From NCBI RefSeq assembly GCF_032062105.1, contig NW_026934719.1, positions 1 through 61,396 on the forward strand: a stretch of 61,396 nucleotides of DNA, in the 5' to 3' direction. Under the pieces are notes generated by a model. It made no database searches and was not told the origin of the DNA. It saw nothing but the letters and a program-made list of their open reading frames with translations. The DNA comes from Saccostrea cucullata (lineage: Eukaryota). Shown piece after piece: positions 28,227 through 40,522 of the stretch (the first letter of the stretch is position 1; each line of letters begins with the position of its first letter). Made by a program: the position numbers and the translations under genes.

Positions 28227-29934
28227 ATGGAGGATAAGTTACAAATACTGAAGTTCGACAAGCCGTGGTATGTTATGGTGGAGGACCATGAGATGTGTCA
28301 GGTAATTTCAAACTAAATACTACATGCACGAGTCTCATGCATTCTAACACAAAAACAGTGTTTACAAACTTGGAGACTTTTTTGTCGTTTAATGACGAGT
28401 TAGTGAAATAGATCACAAATGCCCAATTCAACGGTCAGTCATATAAGATTTAATCAAATATAAGCGCTCGAATAACTTAGTAGACCTTTTTAATTTTCAC
28501 TTCATGGGTTGTAGTTAATATTAAGCTGTCCTAAGTTTTCACAAGTATCGTGCGGAATTCGAAAAGTAGAGAGTGATCTTTCGACCATCACCTAAATGTT
28601 TGACGCGATGCTACATGTCCGAAATAAATTGACAGTTTTCATTGTATGTTTACAGTGTGTTTAAGAACAAAGTTTTTTGTGTGAAGCAGATAGGTTCTAC
28701 AGAGTACCAGTTTAGAATTGTAAATTCAATCAATTGATTAACATTAATTGTCGTATTTTCTTCATTCTAGAGCATTTTTGACGATCTTCTTGAAAAAGTG
28801 GATAGAGAGATTGCTATCAAAAACAAACTGGACGCTCTAATGGCAAGAGCACAGGTATGCATATATTACATGCCTTTGTATATTTATAAATTGCACCTTG
28901 ATTGGAAATATGTCCATTTGGGAATTTTGTCTTTTCAATTCTGAACTGAAAAAAATGGCAAATTTTATGTGTTTTTAAAAATTATTTATATTAATTTTAG
29001 GAAAGGCAAAGGAGGTATGAAATTCTCAAGTTTGATAGACCGTGGTGCGAAATGGTGGAGGAACCAGAAATATGCGAGGTAAGCACGGAAAATGAACGTT
29101 TACATCAATGTGCATTTTTTTTTTAAAGTTTTAATGCTCTACCAGAAATCTTTAAGCACGCGCTCAGTTGTATAAATACACCCTTTATATAGAATGTCAA
29201 ACACTTTTAAATCGAAATAAATGTATCCAATAAGTACATCGGTGTCGGACAGCAATCAATTTTCTTGAGTTTATTCTAGGATATACTCGATGACTTGACC
29301 ACGGGAGTGGAGACAGAGGACGACACACAACATTTTAAACACGTGATGGCTACCGTTCTTGATGAGTTAAAGGTAGGTTGTCATATCTGAAAATTTGCTT
29401 TAAAAACATTGTGATTTTTTTTTAATGGAAGCTACAAAATTGAGAATTGAGAATAATGTAGTTTGTGTTCAATTAAGTGACACAAAGGCAACGAAATGCA
29501 AAGATTTCATTTTAAACAAGTTATCTTTTTTTTTCTCAAAAAATCAATTCCTTCCTTTTAGTCGAAAATACCCGTTCTTCAAGAACAAGAGACGACCTTG
29601 TTAAAGAAAGATGCTTCAATGAAAGACACAAACGCTGATATAAAGAAGACAGATAATACTTTAAGTGTCGTAAGTCTCTCACAATTTTAACCCCACCACC
29701 CCCTCCCGCCAATAATGTGAAGCAAATATTTAGATATTTTATTTCTTAAACTATAACATTGGAATTAATCTGACTAATTGATTTTATTTATTTCTTTATT
29801 TTATTTCTAACTTTTTTTTCCCTATTTACTTGCAGGTCACTCGTAGAACATTTTTCCAGAACATGAAGAAAAGGCTCCGCAAGATGTTCTTCAGTTGTTG
29901 TATGAAGCAAGGAGAAGACTGTGATACTTGTTAA
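28227..29934 (+). CDS. Array gene copy 8 (subtype B, terminal copy)
   Basis: ATG 28227, TAA 29932-29934; exons match copy 6. About 600 nt of 3' flank remain before the array ends. Confidence 0.87.
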
Positions 29935-30694
29935 ATATCTGTTCCTGTCTTTCGTATTTGAACGATTTGTAATTTTTTTAAGCATTTGACATTGTCCCTA
30001 AATATACACATTACCTACAAACCAAGTATTCAGTGTTGTGTTATTTTTTTAACAGTCTGAAAATTTCTTTTCCCAGTGGATATTGTGCCATATAAGCGGT
30101 TATCCATGAAGAATCTTTTTTTCCTGCAAAATCTCGTATTTGGAGCGCCGGCAGAGTGAACAGGGAGCAAAAATAATACATATATAACCTGGAATGACGT
30201 CATCACCAGAATGTTTTTGTGGGTGTGCACAATTTTCTAATATTGTTAAAAGATTGGACACCCTAAAATGCACCTTAAAACTGATTTTAAAAATAATATA
30301 GAGTGAAATATTTAAGTCAAGCGAAGATTTGTAGCATTGTATTAGCGTTTTTTAATTCGTAGATAACACGGTGGAACACCGACTTTGATAATTATCGCTA
30401 AAGTTGTACAGTAACTGGGTCTCAACATAAATAATGTCAGTCCTACATATATAGTTTTTGTTGACGTATACAAAGACCAATATATTGTCATTGTTTTGAT
30501 ATTTAATTTTATTTTGTCATTTTCCATACACCAGTCTGAAACTTATTTTAACCTCCGATTTCAGTAGTCAAACGTCCGGTACTTCTCTTTGACGCTTTTT
30601 GGCTTTCAAAGTCTCTTAATATTTTATAATATTCAGATTTCTTCAGAAAACACACAATATCAATTTTAATAAAAAACAAAAATACAAAAGAAAA

Positions 30695-30805
30695 AGAGTG
30701 AAAGAGATAGAGTGAGAGAGAAAGAGAAAAGAGACACAGAGAGAGAGGGCACACAGTGGGAAAGAGAGAGAGAGGCACACAGAGGGAGAGAGAGAGAGAG
30801 AGAGA
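30695..30805. repeat. (GA)n-rich microsatellite in family-B intron
   Basis: Interrupted GA run; equivalent runs sit in the same intron of B2 and B3. Confidence 0.9.
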
Positions 30806-31189
30806 TTCTTACCCCTATGCTCTTTGTCGCTCTTCTGCTTCCTCACTCATCCTCTCCACATTTTCAAAGATGTCATCCTCTGTTTCAATGCTTCGTCTGA
30901 AACATTAATGTCGAAAATATTATATTAGAAACAAAGGAACAATATGGTTTTCAAAAAAAGGTAGATAAAAGAAATCCCAGGAAATAACTACAGAGTACCA
31001 AAAAATCATTTATTGCATAAAAATCATATTAAGGTAATATTACATTCAAACAAATCATATAAATGCATAATGTACATGCATCAGCAATTTAAAGGCTATG
31101 ATTAATTGCATTCCTGTTATATGCAAAAAATACAAATAAAAATGGTTATCTCAATCTTATTCACATAACAATAGTAAGTTACGAAAACA

Positions 31190-31490
31190 GATCGGGGGGT
31201 CGTGACTTTGAATCTCGGCCAAGACTGATTTAAGACCATAAAAATGGGCAGCAACTGTTCCCTCGGCAAGTGGAAATTGCGGGTCCTTCGGATGAGACCT
31301 TAAAAACCGAGGTCCCGTGTCAAGGCTGACGTTAGCACAATAAAGATCCCTTACTGCTCAATAGCCCTGAGTGCCCAAGTTAAGGTAAAAAAAAATTGCA
31401 GCCCTTCACTGATATATTGTGACATCTCTATATACATGAGTGAATTATTCTCGAGTAGGACGTTAATTAAACATACAATTAATCAATCAA
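31190..31490 (+). mobile_element. 5'-truncated tRNA-derived SINE with V-domain-like core
   Basis: Degenerate B-box-like start, core 'ttcggatgagaccttaaaaaccgaggtcccgtgtc...taaagatccc' and (TCAA)n tail. Flanked by a near-identical 10-bp direct repeat, tacgaaaaca / tacaaaaaca. Absent from the paralogous B2 intron near 41500. Confidence 0.8.
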
Positions 31491-34400
31491 TACAAAAACA
31501 AAAAGTTTCTACATTTTCCTATAGCTTTAAATTATATAAATGAAAGCAAATTATGTAGATCTTAATATTGTCATAAAACTAAAATATAAAGTTTATAAAG
31601 TGATAAAGTATCACGTAGTATGTCTGTGATAACCACAGTGAGCTGACTTAGCAGAAATCCTGTGGATAAGGTATAAACCAAGCACGGCAACGCTGAGGGC
31701 GAGGAGGTTCATCTGCTAAAGCATGTAAGAGCAGTGACACCACAAATACAAATAAACTTAATACCTGAGATTATCAATTTTGTTTCTTTCTCAGTTTTTG
31801 TCTTGAGTTTAACACAAACAGGAACAATTTAATGCGTCATGTTCTTGAGGAGATATATTTTGCGTCAGTATAACATAGCATGCTATGACAACACAGTATG
31901 ATACATGTTGTAATAATGAATTGAGCATTAAAAAATATAAAAATGTCAGTGTAAATATGTATTAAGAAAAAAGCAAACATATAGCTATTAAGTTTTTGTT
32001 ACAGTAGATTATTTCTTAGAAACTGAACTTCTTCATATTTGTAATTGAACAAGTTTAAGATTTAAAGAATCTAGGTATGTATTTTTTGCTAATTTAATAC
32101 AAAAAAATGAATATATATACCTTAAAAGTAAACATTTTGGTCCCAGTATTTTCCCTTAAAAAAGAAAATCTCACAAATCTACAAATAATATTTCTGTAAC
32201 TGTGGTTATATAAATATCAAGATCTGAATATGCATACACGAAACTTTGTTTTTAACTGTTTTATCTTATATATAAAATTCTTGAAATTAAAAAAAACACT
32301 GTGATATTTAAACGCCATTTCTGTCAATGGTCAATTAGAATTAGAAAAACTTAAAGTACGAAAGCAATAGGTTCAGTAGAGTGAACAAGTGGGTCAGAAT
32401 AAATTTTCACATCAGAAATCTCTTATGTATGAATGTCTACAAAATAGAAAAAAATCAAAATATGCGACAAAAAGAAAGAACATCGAAGAAAAAGCCATTG
32501 ACGACTTGGACTTCGACTGAATAGAAAGACATTATAGATATTTATAAAAGGCGGATTTCAAGTTTATGTTCTATATCAAATTCATGAATTAAATTGAAAC
32601 AAATCTTGTATATGTTCAATCTGCTCTAGCAGTTAAAAATTGATACTAAAAATTACAGCTCTTCAATGGTGCTGTGCGCCATTACGAACTCCAAAACATT
32701 TGTTCTTGATGATAAAAATGATAATTGAAATGCATAGCGTTAATATTTACGGATTGAAAAAGTGCCCCTTTCCTTTACAATTTTAAAGTAGAGTTAAGTT
32801 TGTGATCAGGCATAAAAACTGCTTTGAATGCGGACTTTACCCTCACATTGACCAAGTCAAGGGCATGTAAAAAAAAAATCTGAAAACTTTCCTTTTCATG
32901 ATTGTTTTCATTGCATCCAAACGCTACAAGTTATATATACCTTCAATGTATTATCTTGCTGCTAACACTTTGCAGCGATTACTTATTTAATTTCTAACTG
33001 TTTAAAAGACGTATAAACGAGCCGTTTTTAAACTCAGTAAGTATTTTGTTTGACCAGGATTGAAAACTGAGACGTCAGAGCAATGGCGCACAAAATATGC
33101 AAATTGAGAAATTCAAACATTGATTCGGTAGTAAAACATCCAAAAAAAAAAAAAATTTCCTGGATAAGAATTTTCATGGAGAATTTTAACAGCCTGTAAA
33201 ATTTTTCATATGAAAAATCTATCAGACATAATAACAAAAATTATTATAATAATATTTCACGTTAAAGTTTAAACCTTTAGAGAATCAGGGATCAGTCAAT
33301 CAAATCAGGGTTTTTATATTAATTATCATTTGTAACATATGCGGAGTGGTTAATGCGTTCGCTCTAGAGTCGAGCTGTGAGGATATACCAGGGTCATTCA
33401 AAAAATACGTAGACAATGTCCTCCATCATCATATTATTCTTACAAAATTTTAGATCAACACATTTTTAAATGTAAAAACATTTATTTTATCAGTAAGTAA
33501 AGTTTCATTATCGTGTTAGACAATTTTAAAAGTAACATGTTTTGTCACCACGAAGCACGGTTAACAACACTGTGACGTCAAAAACAAGATTTTTTTCTTA
33601 AAATTACTCTGCCTTTTCATTACATCCACGGTTTGTTGCTTCTGAATTCATGAATCTATAGCCCTTTACACCTAGTTTGCTAACAATTGTTTGAGTACCT
33701 TACGTTAAATTGTCAATGTTTTCAAATTCTTCATTGCGTAACTCCCCGCAAAAGCGAATCGCACATCACGTTTGATGACGTTACTAACTCTTTGACACGA
33801 CTTTTTACTATAACTTGTTTTTTTCGCACACCGTTCATGGTCCGATTCCTAGTTTAAACAATAGTCATTCCCATTATAAACAAATGCATAGCACATTTTT
33901 ATCTATTTCCTGGTTTACCAAGATGTTATGATATTATGTTATTATGATATTATAAAAATAGTACAACATAATCTTTATGTCAAACTGCAATATGCAGCAT
34001 TTGAAATAAGAGTCAAAATAGAACACATGAAAAATGAAGTACAACTGCTATTCATTCCCTAACTTAAAAGCTAAACTCAAAAATGTTCCAAAATTTCAAA
34101 GCTTAGAAATGTTTTGTACGCTCAGTTATTGAACTAATTTGAAAATTAATCATTAATTAAATTAATAAAATTAAAACTAATTAATAATGCGAATGTTTTT
34201 TTTTTCGTATTAACTTTTAATATTTACTCACCAATTTTTGGTAAGAAGAAAATATCATGAGTGCAGATAAATCATTGAAATGTCTGTCTTAATTCATTGA
34301 AAAAACAGCCATTTATCTTCAAGGGCATACATTTTACTAAAACTTGTTAAAATGGGTTTAGGCTGCAGCAACAATCTAAAGTCGAAGTTTCGAGTTTGAA

Positions 34401-35993
34401 TACTGGTGTATTCAATAAAATGATGAAATACATATTTATTCCTTCACTATTGCTTCTCCAAGCAATGACAGCAGGGTCACATTGATAAGTGAGTTACCCG
34501 GTTTTCTTTCGGCATTCTCATATACTAATTTTTACTATGAAAAATGCAGTTCTGTACATGATCGATACAGCGGTCTTGAACACGATATGCGAGATCAAAA
34601 GTTGTTAACTTCAACTAGGTTCTGAATAACACGTTTGGGGATTTTTCAGTGATTTTTTTGTTCCTTTTATGATTCCCTATATATTCTATTTACCAATAGG
34701 TCGCTGTAGATCTGCAGGAAAAAAAAATAAATTATACATTGTTTGTCTTATTTATGCACGATTTACTTACATTATTCGACGAGTTAAAAATATTTGTGTT
34801 ATTTAGTAAGAGAAGGGGAAATCAGGATAAAAGTATAGGTCTTGCGTGGAATAGAACGCAAGTCCTCTGCAATACATACATGTAAGATGCACGTTGAGCT
34901 ACATGTACTCAGTATGATAAATGCTGTACAAAACCAAAACACTGCCACATTTTAACTTCTGATTCATATTGTCTTTAAATACATATATTTTTTGGTTTTG
35001 TATGGGCTTATTAATTAAAATATAATCCCCCCCTTCCCCCAAAAAGAAAAAGGAATCCGAAGGAAAAACGAATAGATGAGAGAAGAACGAAAATATAAGC
35101 TTGGGCGGGAAATTTAACACGAGGCTCCTGACTTTTACTCAGTTGTTTCATCAGGGAGCTATGGAGACTGATTTATTTACGATTCAAAGCCTTATTTAAT
35201 CTTCTAGAGCCGTAAAAGGAAAATTAATGTAGATATAGGTACTAAATGTCGGTCTAAGACTTTTTTGACGATGAAAATACACAAATGCAAATTATCACGT
35301 ACTCCTCTGACCGATATCATAAGATAACATAACGCATGTAAGTTCAGAATTTATATTCAGCAGAATATGAAATGATACCTAATAGCGGATATAATTAATA
35401 TTCGCGTATAAAACATTTAAAATTATTTAATAAAACAACAGCTTCCCGGATATCCAATAATTTTATGCATTGCATATCTATAGTAATGCATCGAAAAGCT
35501 ATAACATAAACAAAAAATGGTATTTGAAGAAAAATAGTAATAATATGCATGCAAAAATATCCAATCCTTTTTTGATCCCTAATTTAAATGTGATTTGTAA
35601 TCAACTTAAGTTGAAAAAAATATAGTTAAAGTGCTCCAATTTTCAGTAATGTTAAAAGTTACCTTTGGCAATATTCAATTCATTTTTAACATGTTCCCAG
35701 ACCATGTGGTCTATATGTTGTAAAAAGTCCTTTCATTAGTCATAGAGCAAACTCAAATTGTTCTTATTCTCAGCAAAAATATATTAAAACTTTTCGATTA
35801 AAACCTGTTTTTACATTGATTTTCACATTTTGCGTAATAAGCATGTAATACTGTACCTTCCAGATGCTGCATGTGTCATAATATAAATATAATAAACTCT
35901 GTTCATTTATGCTGACTGATATTTATTCCACTGATATCCCTATGCGAAAAGGTAATCTATATACAGTATTTGACCGCATCTCCAGGTATATAG

Positions 35994-36493
35994 ATAATAA
36001 TACATACCCTTTTCCACATCACATCCTGTATCAGTCCGAGACACCAATATCAGCCAGAGGGCTGATATTGGTCAAGGGCTGAAACAGGATGTGATGTGGA
36101 AAAGGGTTTGTTTTATTATGTTTATTACATACTAAGTAATCATGCACGGTCTTTTTTACATGTACAAATACACGGTCTACTGTCTCATACGGTTTTGGTT
36201 TGTTTCTACTTCTATTTCAAATGTACTTAATCCGTAATTTGAAAATATAATCTTTTATATGTCAATTCGATTATCCTTACATCCGAAACGCTTTAATAAA
36301 AAAATTATGTAACCTCAAACTATGTGTATGATCACAAGTACTGTTTTTGAGGTTTAAATAACTAGGGGGTGATATAGATCCGTATCAGCTCCGCAAATCC
36401 ATATTACTTCCTTGAGGGCTGATACGGCTATTGTGACGTCAGGCATATTGCATATGCAAAAATTCTGTTTGTATTACTAAGAATGTAATAAAT
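35994..36493. mobile_element. Non-autonomous element with a-a'-b-b' inverted-repeat layout (Crypton-like)
   Basis: A ~125-nt hairpin at 35994-36119 (cccttttccacatcacatcctg...aatatcagcc agag ggctgatatt...caggatgtgatgtggaaaaggg) abuts a second IR pair, 36121-36140 and 36473-36492 (18/20 match). Family assignment is from architecture only. Confidence 0.6.
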
Positions 36494-36561
36494 AGAGATA
36501 TTTCATTTTGAAAGAGAAATAAATGCATGTACACACAAGTATATCAAATGATTTCTTGTAG

Positions 36562-37489
36562 ATGAAATCGGTATTGTTTATGGTTCTCCTGTTGGTCCTC
36601 TATTGTGTGATGGAAGCAGAAACTACCACCACCACTTCTTCCACCACTACCACTTCTACCAATTCTACCAATATTACGATCCCCGTACAACGTTGTCGCT
36701 GTCGTCACCGATGGCGTTGGTGGCGTTTGCGATGGCGATGGTGTCGCTGCTATCGCTTTCTCAGAGTGAGCAAAAATATCTTGTCTCATTTTTCTCATTA
36801 TATAAAATCTCACAGTTATCTAATTTAAGTACAATGTGCCTATGTTCTCAATACAACGTTACTAAAAGGAGAGGCAAACAAATCATTTCTTAAAATTTGA
36901 AGGTGATGATAAAGAAATTAGAAATTCATTCAATTGGATAAAAAAAAAATCAGGGCAATGGTGCATTATTATTTTAAAAGGTAAAATGATTAAAAGTGAC
37001 ATGTAAATTTTGCATCTTGAAATGAAAAATATACTCGCGAAACGTAACAAATATGTTTTGAAAGGAGAAACAATTTTTTTTTTCTGTGATATGTATAGTA
37101 ATATTAAATAGATACATAGTGATACTAAAATAAGGCGGCATTCAGTTTGATCAAATCAAAATTTATATGTTGGAATAAAGGTCATTTAACTATTTTATTG
37201 AAGAATATTTCGATTTAAAAGTATTTGACCCTTAGATATATGATTTCTTTTCCTTTTTAAATATGTAAATATTTTGTTCTTATTTAAATTTTATTGAAAC
37301 AAAGAAGAGGAAAACATAATTTTTGCATCAATCTATAATAGTTTCAAATCTTTTGGCGCTATGTTTTCTTTTTCAATTTTTGTTTCTAAATTCAGAAGAA
37401 ATACATTTAAACTTAACAGTATTCATCTTTTTTGTTTGTTTATTTAGATGGACAAATTATCCGACACAGAGCTCGAATCAGCTGAATAG
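36562..37489 (+). CDS. Family-A gene A1: 81-aa secreted precursor of an Arg/Trp-rich CxC..CxC hairpin peptide (candidate antimicrobial); exons 36562-36765 and 37448-37489
   Basis: ttcttgtag|ATG, then MKSVLFMVLLLVLYCVMEA (signal-like) ETTTTTSSTTTTSTNSTNITIPVQRCRCRHRWRWWRLRWRWCRCYRFLR|gtgag ... tatttag|MDKLSDTELESAE*. AATAAA at 37540. Same exon layout as A2. Confidence 0.85.
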
Positions 37490-38323
37490 AATTCCCTATC
37501 TTCCAGAGAAATGCTTTCCTGGTTTCTCAAAGATTAAAAAATAAAAATGTTGGCTTTTTTCCATTCTGGGTTTATTTTGACTGAATCCGTATACAAATTG
37601 GTTATAAATGCAAGGGTCAAAATGCAACCCCAAAGTAGGTTATTGTTTCTGACAAGGTCATAATTGTACCACCATGGAATTTTGAAATGTGAATTTAAAA
37701 ATTAAGCATGAAAATTAAAATCAGCAGTCACATTATAGGTCGCATATGAAAGGGTTTGCACATGGATCTTGAACATGCTTCGAAGTATTGAATGGGTTGT
37801 GAGACGTCTTCAGTATACACATGTGACAGATGAAGATAACGCAATAAATAGGGAGACTTGAGTGTAGAAAGAGCGATTTAATCTAGTAAAGTCATTATAG
37901 GTGGTCCTTTTGGCATGTTACCTACAATAATCAAAACAATTCATGAATATAAAAAAAAACTAATCATACATAAAATGAGATTGTTTGTTTGAGGTCCTTG
38001 AATGGTTTCCAATCAACCGTGAGGATGACATTGACACCTATTTAGTTGTAGCCTTAGTACCACAAAAACTGCTATTAATAGAGTAGGTTATCATAATCAT
38101 TACATTAACCATCAAAATGAAAGACACCGATTGCACAATTTGAATTTTTGAGCAAATCAACTTTACTTTTCTGTTCCCTTCACTGGCGCATGAGTGAGCC
38201 GTTTAACCAACTTTTTCGGTGTGTTTACCCGTAGCCCAATATAGCTTGAGTTTGTCAAGACTTTCTCGCAAACGATCACATTTACCCATTCGAATAGTCT
38301 TCTTAAGGTTTATCTTTTACTTA

Positions 38324-38916
38324 CTGTATAGGGAATTAATTTCACGGGTTGTAATTTTCACGTTTTTCTCTCATCTGACAAGATCGCGGTTTCTTGAATT
38401 CGTGGAATTGGTACATAATAAAAGTTACCTCCCTTGTCTATATCCATTTATCCATACCATAGCTACATGTAAACGATATTGATAATCAGTGTTATGACTT
38501 TATTTCACGAACAACAGGGTTGGTTTAAATAAAATAATTAGATTTGATATAAAAAAAAATTGACGATTAATTAAAACAAGTGCGGTTATCAAAAATCCTT
38601 GACTCTAGACATCAAATGTCTTTCCTATATGCTATTACAATGAGTGCGTGTACACCCTAAGATCTTCGATACAACGCAACGAAAAAGCACTGGACGTAAA
38701 GCGTGATAATTAAATTAATTGAATGACGAGTACTACTCGTAATTACCCCGAAATCATGTTCATGTACTGAGTTATGTAGAATGATTGTTATTAACTCAAA
38801 TTCCAAATAAAACCTGGAGATTATGAAAATTTATTCACTGTTTCAAATACAGGGACATTATTAACACCGTGAATATAGCGAATATTAACACCGCGAGTTA
38901 TTTTCCCCCTATACAG
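38324..38916. mobile_element. Tc1/mariner-type MITE with TA target-site duplication
   Basis: TA|ctgtataggg ... ccctatacag|TA terminal inverted repeats. The paralogous site near 58290 is empty with a single TA (atcttttacttattgaacatctgtggg). Confidence 0.88.
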
Positions 38917-39169
38917 TATTCAACATCTGTGGGACAGAGTGGAAGATAAAATTTTGATAACTCTTGAAATATGAGACAAAATCAAATGGGATTTGGGCTA
39001 CACTTACAGTAAAAGAATTTAAACTTAAGATAAGAAAATTTGAATTTTCATATGGAAAAATAAAATTTTAACTAAAAAAATTACCCTGCTTTTTTTTCTT
39101 TTAATATATATATGGATATTACGAACAGTATCCAAGCTCAAAAGACCTTCAAACAATAAAAAATTGTAG

Positions 39170-39930
39170 CAGAGCAATCACAGATCCTCAAAATATCAGA
39201 GGTTGGATAAGGTGCCATGGAGGAGTGAGCATCCCCTGGCATGCTCCTTGTCATGATCGATAAATAACGAAAAACCATTTGTCAATTCAGTTTGTAAATA
39301 ATGGTCTTAAAGTCAGTATGAAAAACGCTAGTAAACATTTAGCTTAGAAATGTAATCGCTGACAAGATCATTGTATGGACAACAGAATTTTTAAAAATGA
39401 TAGCACAAAACGAGAATGCTGATATTCTTGTTTCACCAACTTGTTTGTGAAAAGGTAAAGTCATTTTAGAAACTGTCCATAGGTAGAGCATGTTCTTGTG
39501 TATATCGAATCAACTGAGATATCAACACAGAATGCAGGTGATGAAGTTAAATTGCTGCATAAGTAAGGGATGTTGACAATAAAAAATTGTAAGTGATCAC
39601 TTTAATCATAAACTTAAATTGTTAGATTACTATTAATGTCTTTTTCCGTTAAGTGTCTCAATATGAAACAGATGTGTGAGACTAGGGAATCTTTTATTTC
39701 AAGCTCACTTGGATATGTCGTTTTGATTTTAGAGGTGAAATAACCATTTTTAATTGACAATACGTCGTCGATATATCTTAATGTCGAGTTGAAAGCCATA
39801 GCAAAAATTTTCTTCTTTTCATGTATAAGATTTTGGATAAATTTTGCTTCAAATGAATACAAAATAGGTCTGCTAACAACGGGGTATAATTGGTACCAAT
39901 ATTAATGGAATTCTAATAGAATATTGGAAG
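39170..39930 (-). mobile_element. Decayed 5'-truncated Penelope-like retroelement (RT C-terminal part)
   Basis: Reads GTNYTPLLADLF...YSFEAKFIQ...FNSTLRYIDDVLSI...YPSELEIKD, containing the RT YIDD motif, with frameshifts and stops. Confidence 0.85.
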
Positions 39931-40322
39931 ACGTTCAGTTGTGTGTATTATGTTCAATAGCGTAGCTGCTAACATAAAACATAAACCAAGATTTTGAATG
40001 GGCATCTAGACTATCTCTACGTAGGGTGAGTTTGCATAAACATTTGATGCTAAGTACCAAATCCAAGATGGCTACCTAAATAACGACATCGGTATTTTAA
40101 CAAAATAGTATAGGGAACTATTTTCTATATTTAAGGGATTGAAATACCGGTAGTTAACAAATATATTTCCAGTGGAAATAAACAAGTTCTGCTCAAAAAT
40201 AAATTTAAATAGATATGTTTTTTTTAATCTGACACTCGGCTTAGATAGCTATCCGTTCAATAGAGACAAATATCTACCACAAAGCTGCTAAGTTATCCTC
40301 TACGATCTTGAATGGAGCCTTG

Positions 40323-40522
40323 AGGCCGGTTTTACAAAAGAACTTACAACTAAGACCAAAAACTTAAGTTGATTGTTGAATTTTGCCAAATGTATTATTC
40401 TCTTTCAAATTGCCAGCTTTAAAACATATTTCTAGATTCCCTTTTAAATAGATTAAAACATTTTCAATTCAATGTAAATTAGAAAGTAACAAGCAGAACT
40501 TAGTGTTGGTCTTAATCGTACG
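40323..40522. mobile_element. Small MITE remnant, right end truncated
   Basis: About 200 bp present here but absent at the paralogous site near 60595. Inverted pair tacaactaagacca / tggtcttaatcgta. Confidence 0.6.

Larger units (their letters stand above)
1..30536. repeat. Gene-containing macrosatellite: ~8.15 tandem units of ~3.73-3.78 kb, open at the left window edge
   Basis: Anchor 'aagcatttga' recurs at 7, 3761, 7506, 11259, 15007, 18788, 22527, 26252 and 29980. Homology stops after 'tttccatacaccagtc' at 30536. The same small ORFs recur with this period. Confidence 0.99.
30548..31712 (-). pseudogene. Family-B precursor pseudogene (B1)
   Basis: Acceptor then ATG at 31712 gives MNLLALSVAVLGLYLIHRISAKSAHCGYHRHTT* (TGG>TGA at 31611-31613). 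The rest of that exon and the next exon are missing. Exon 30813-30896 is 84 nt versus 88 nt in paralogs (frameshift). Last exon 30548-30640 reads KSEYYKILRDFESQKASKRSTGRLTTEIGG*. Confidence 0.85.

Noticed and set aside
68-30527. Recurrent minus-strand ORFs in the array (MNFLPDIP.., MENDKIK.., MHTHKN.., MTFYIRG.., MLKKIT..)
   Set aside because: They recur only because the DNA is repeated. Several change length or vanish between units through indels, and some are antisense to real exons.
30643-30900. ORFs across the GA/CT microsatellites (also 40941-41150 and 61100-61315)
   Set aside because: Stop-poor simple repeats. Only the exon portions assigned to family B are supported.
36544-36893. Overlapping ORFs 36544-36813(-) and 36603-36893(+, His-rich)
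   Set aside because: Shadow frames of the repeat-rich A1 exon, with no signal peptide, splice support or paralog.
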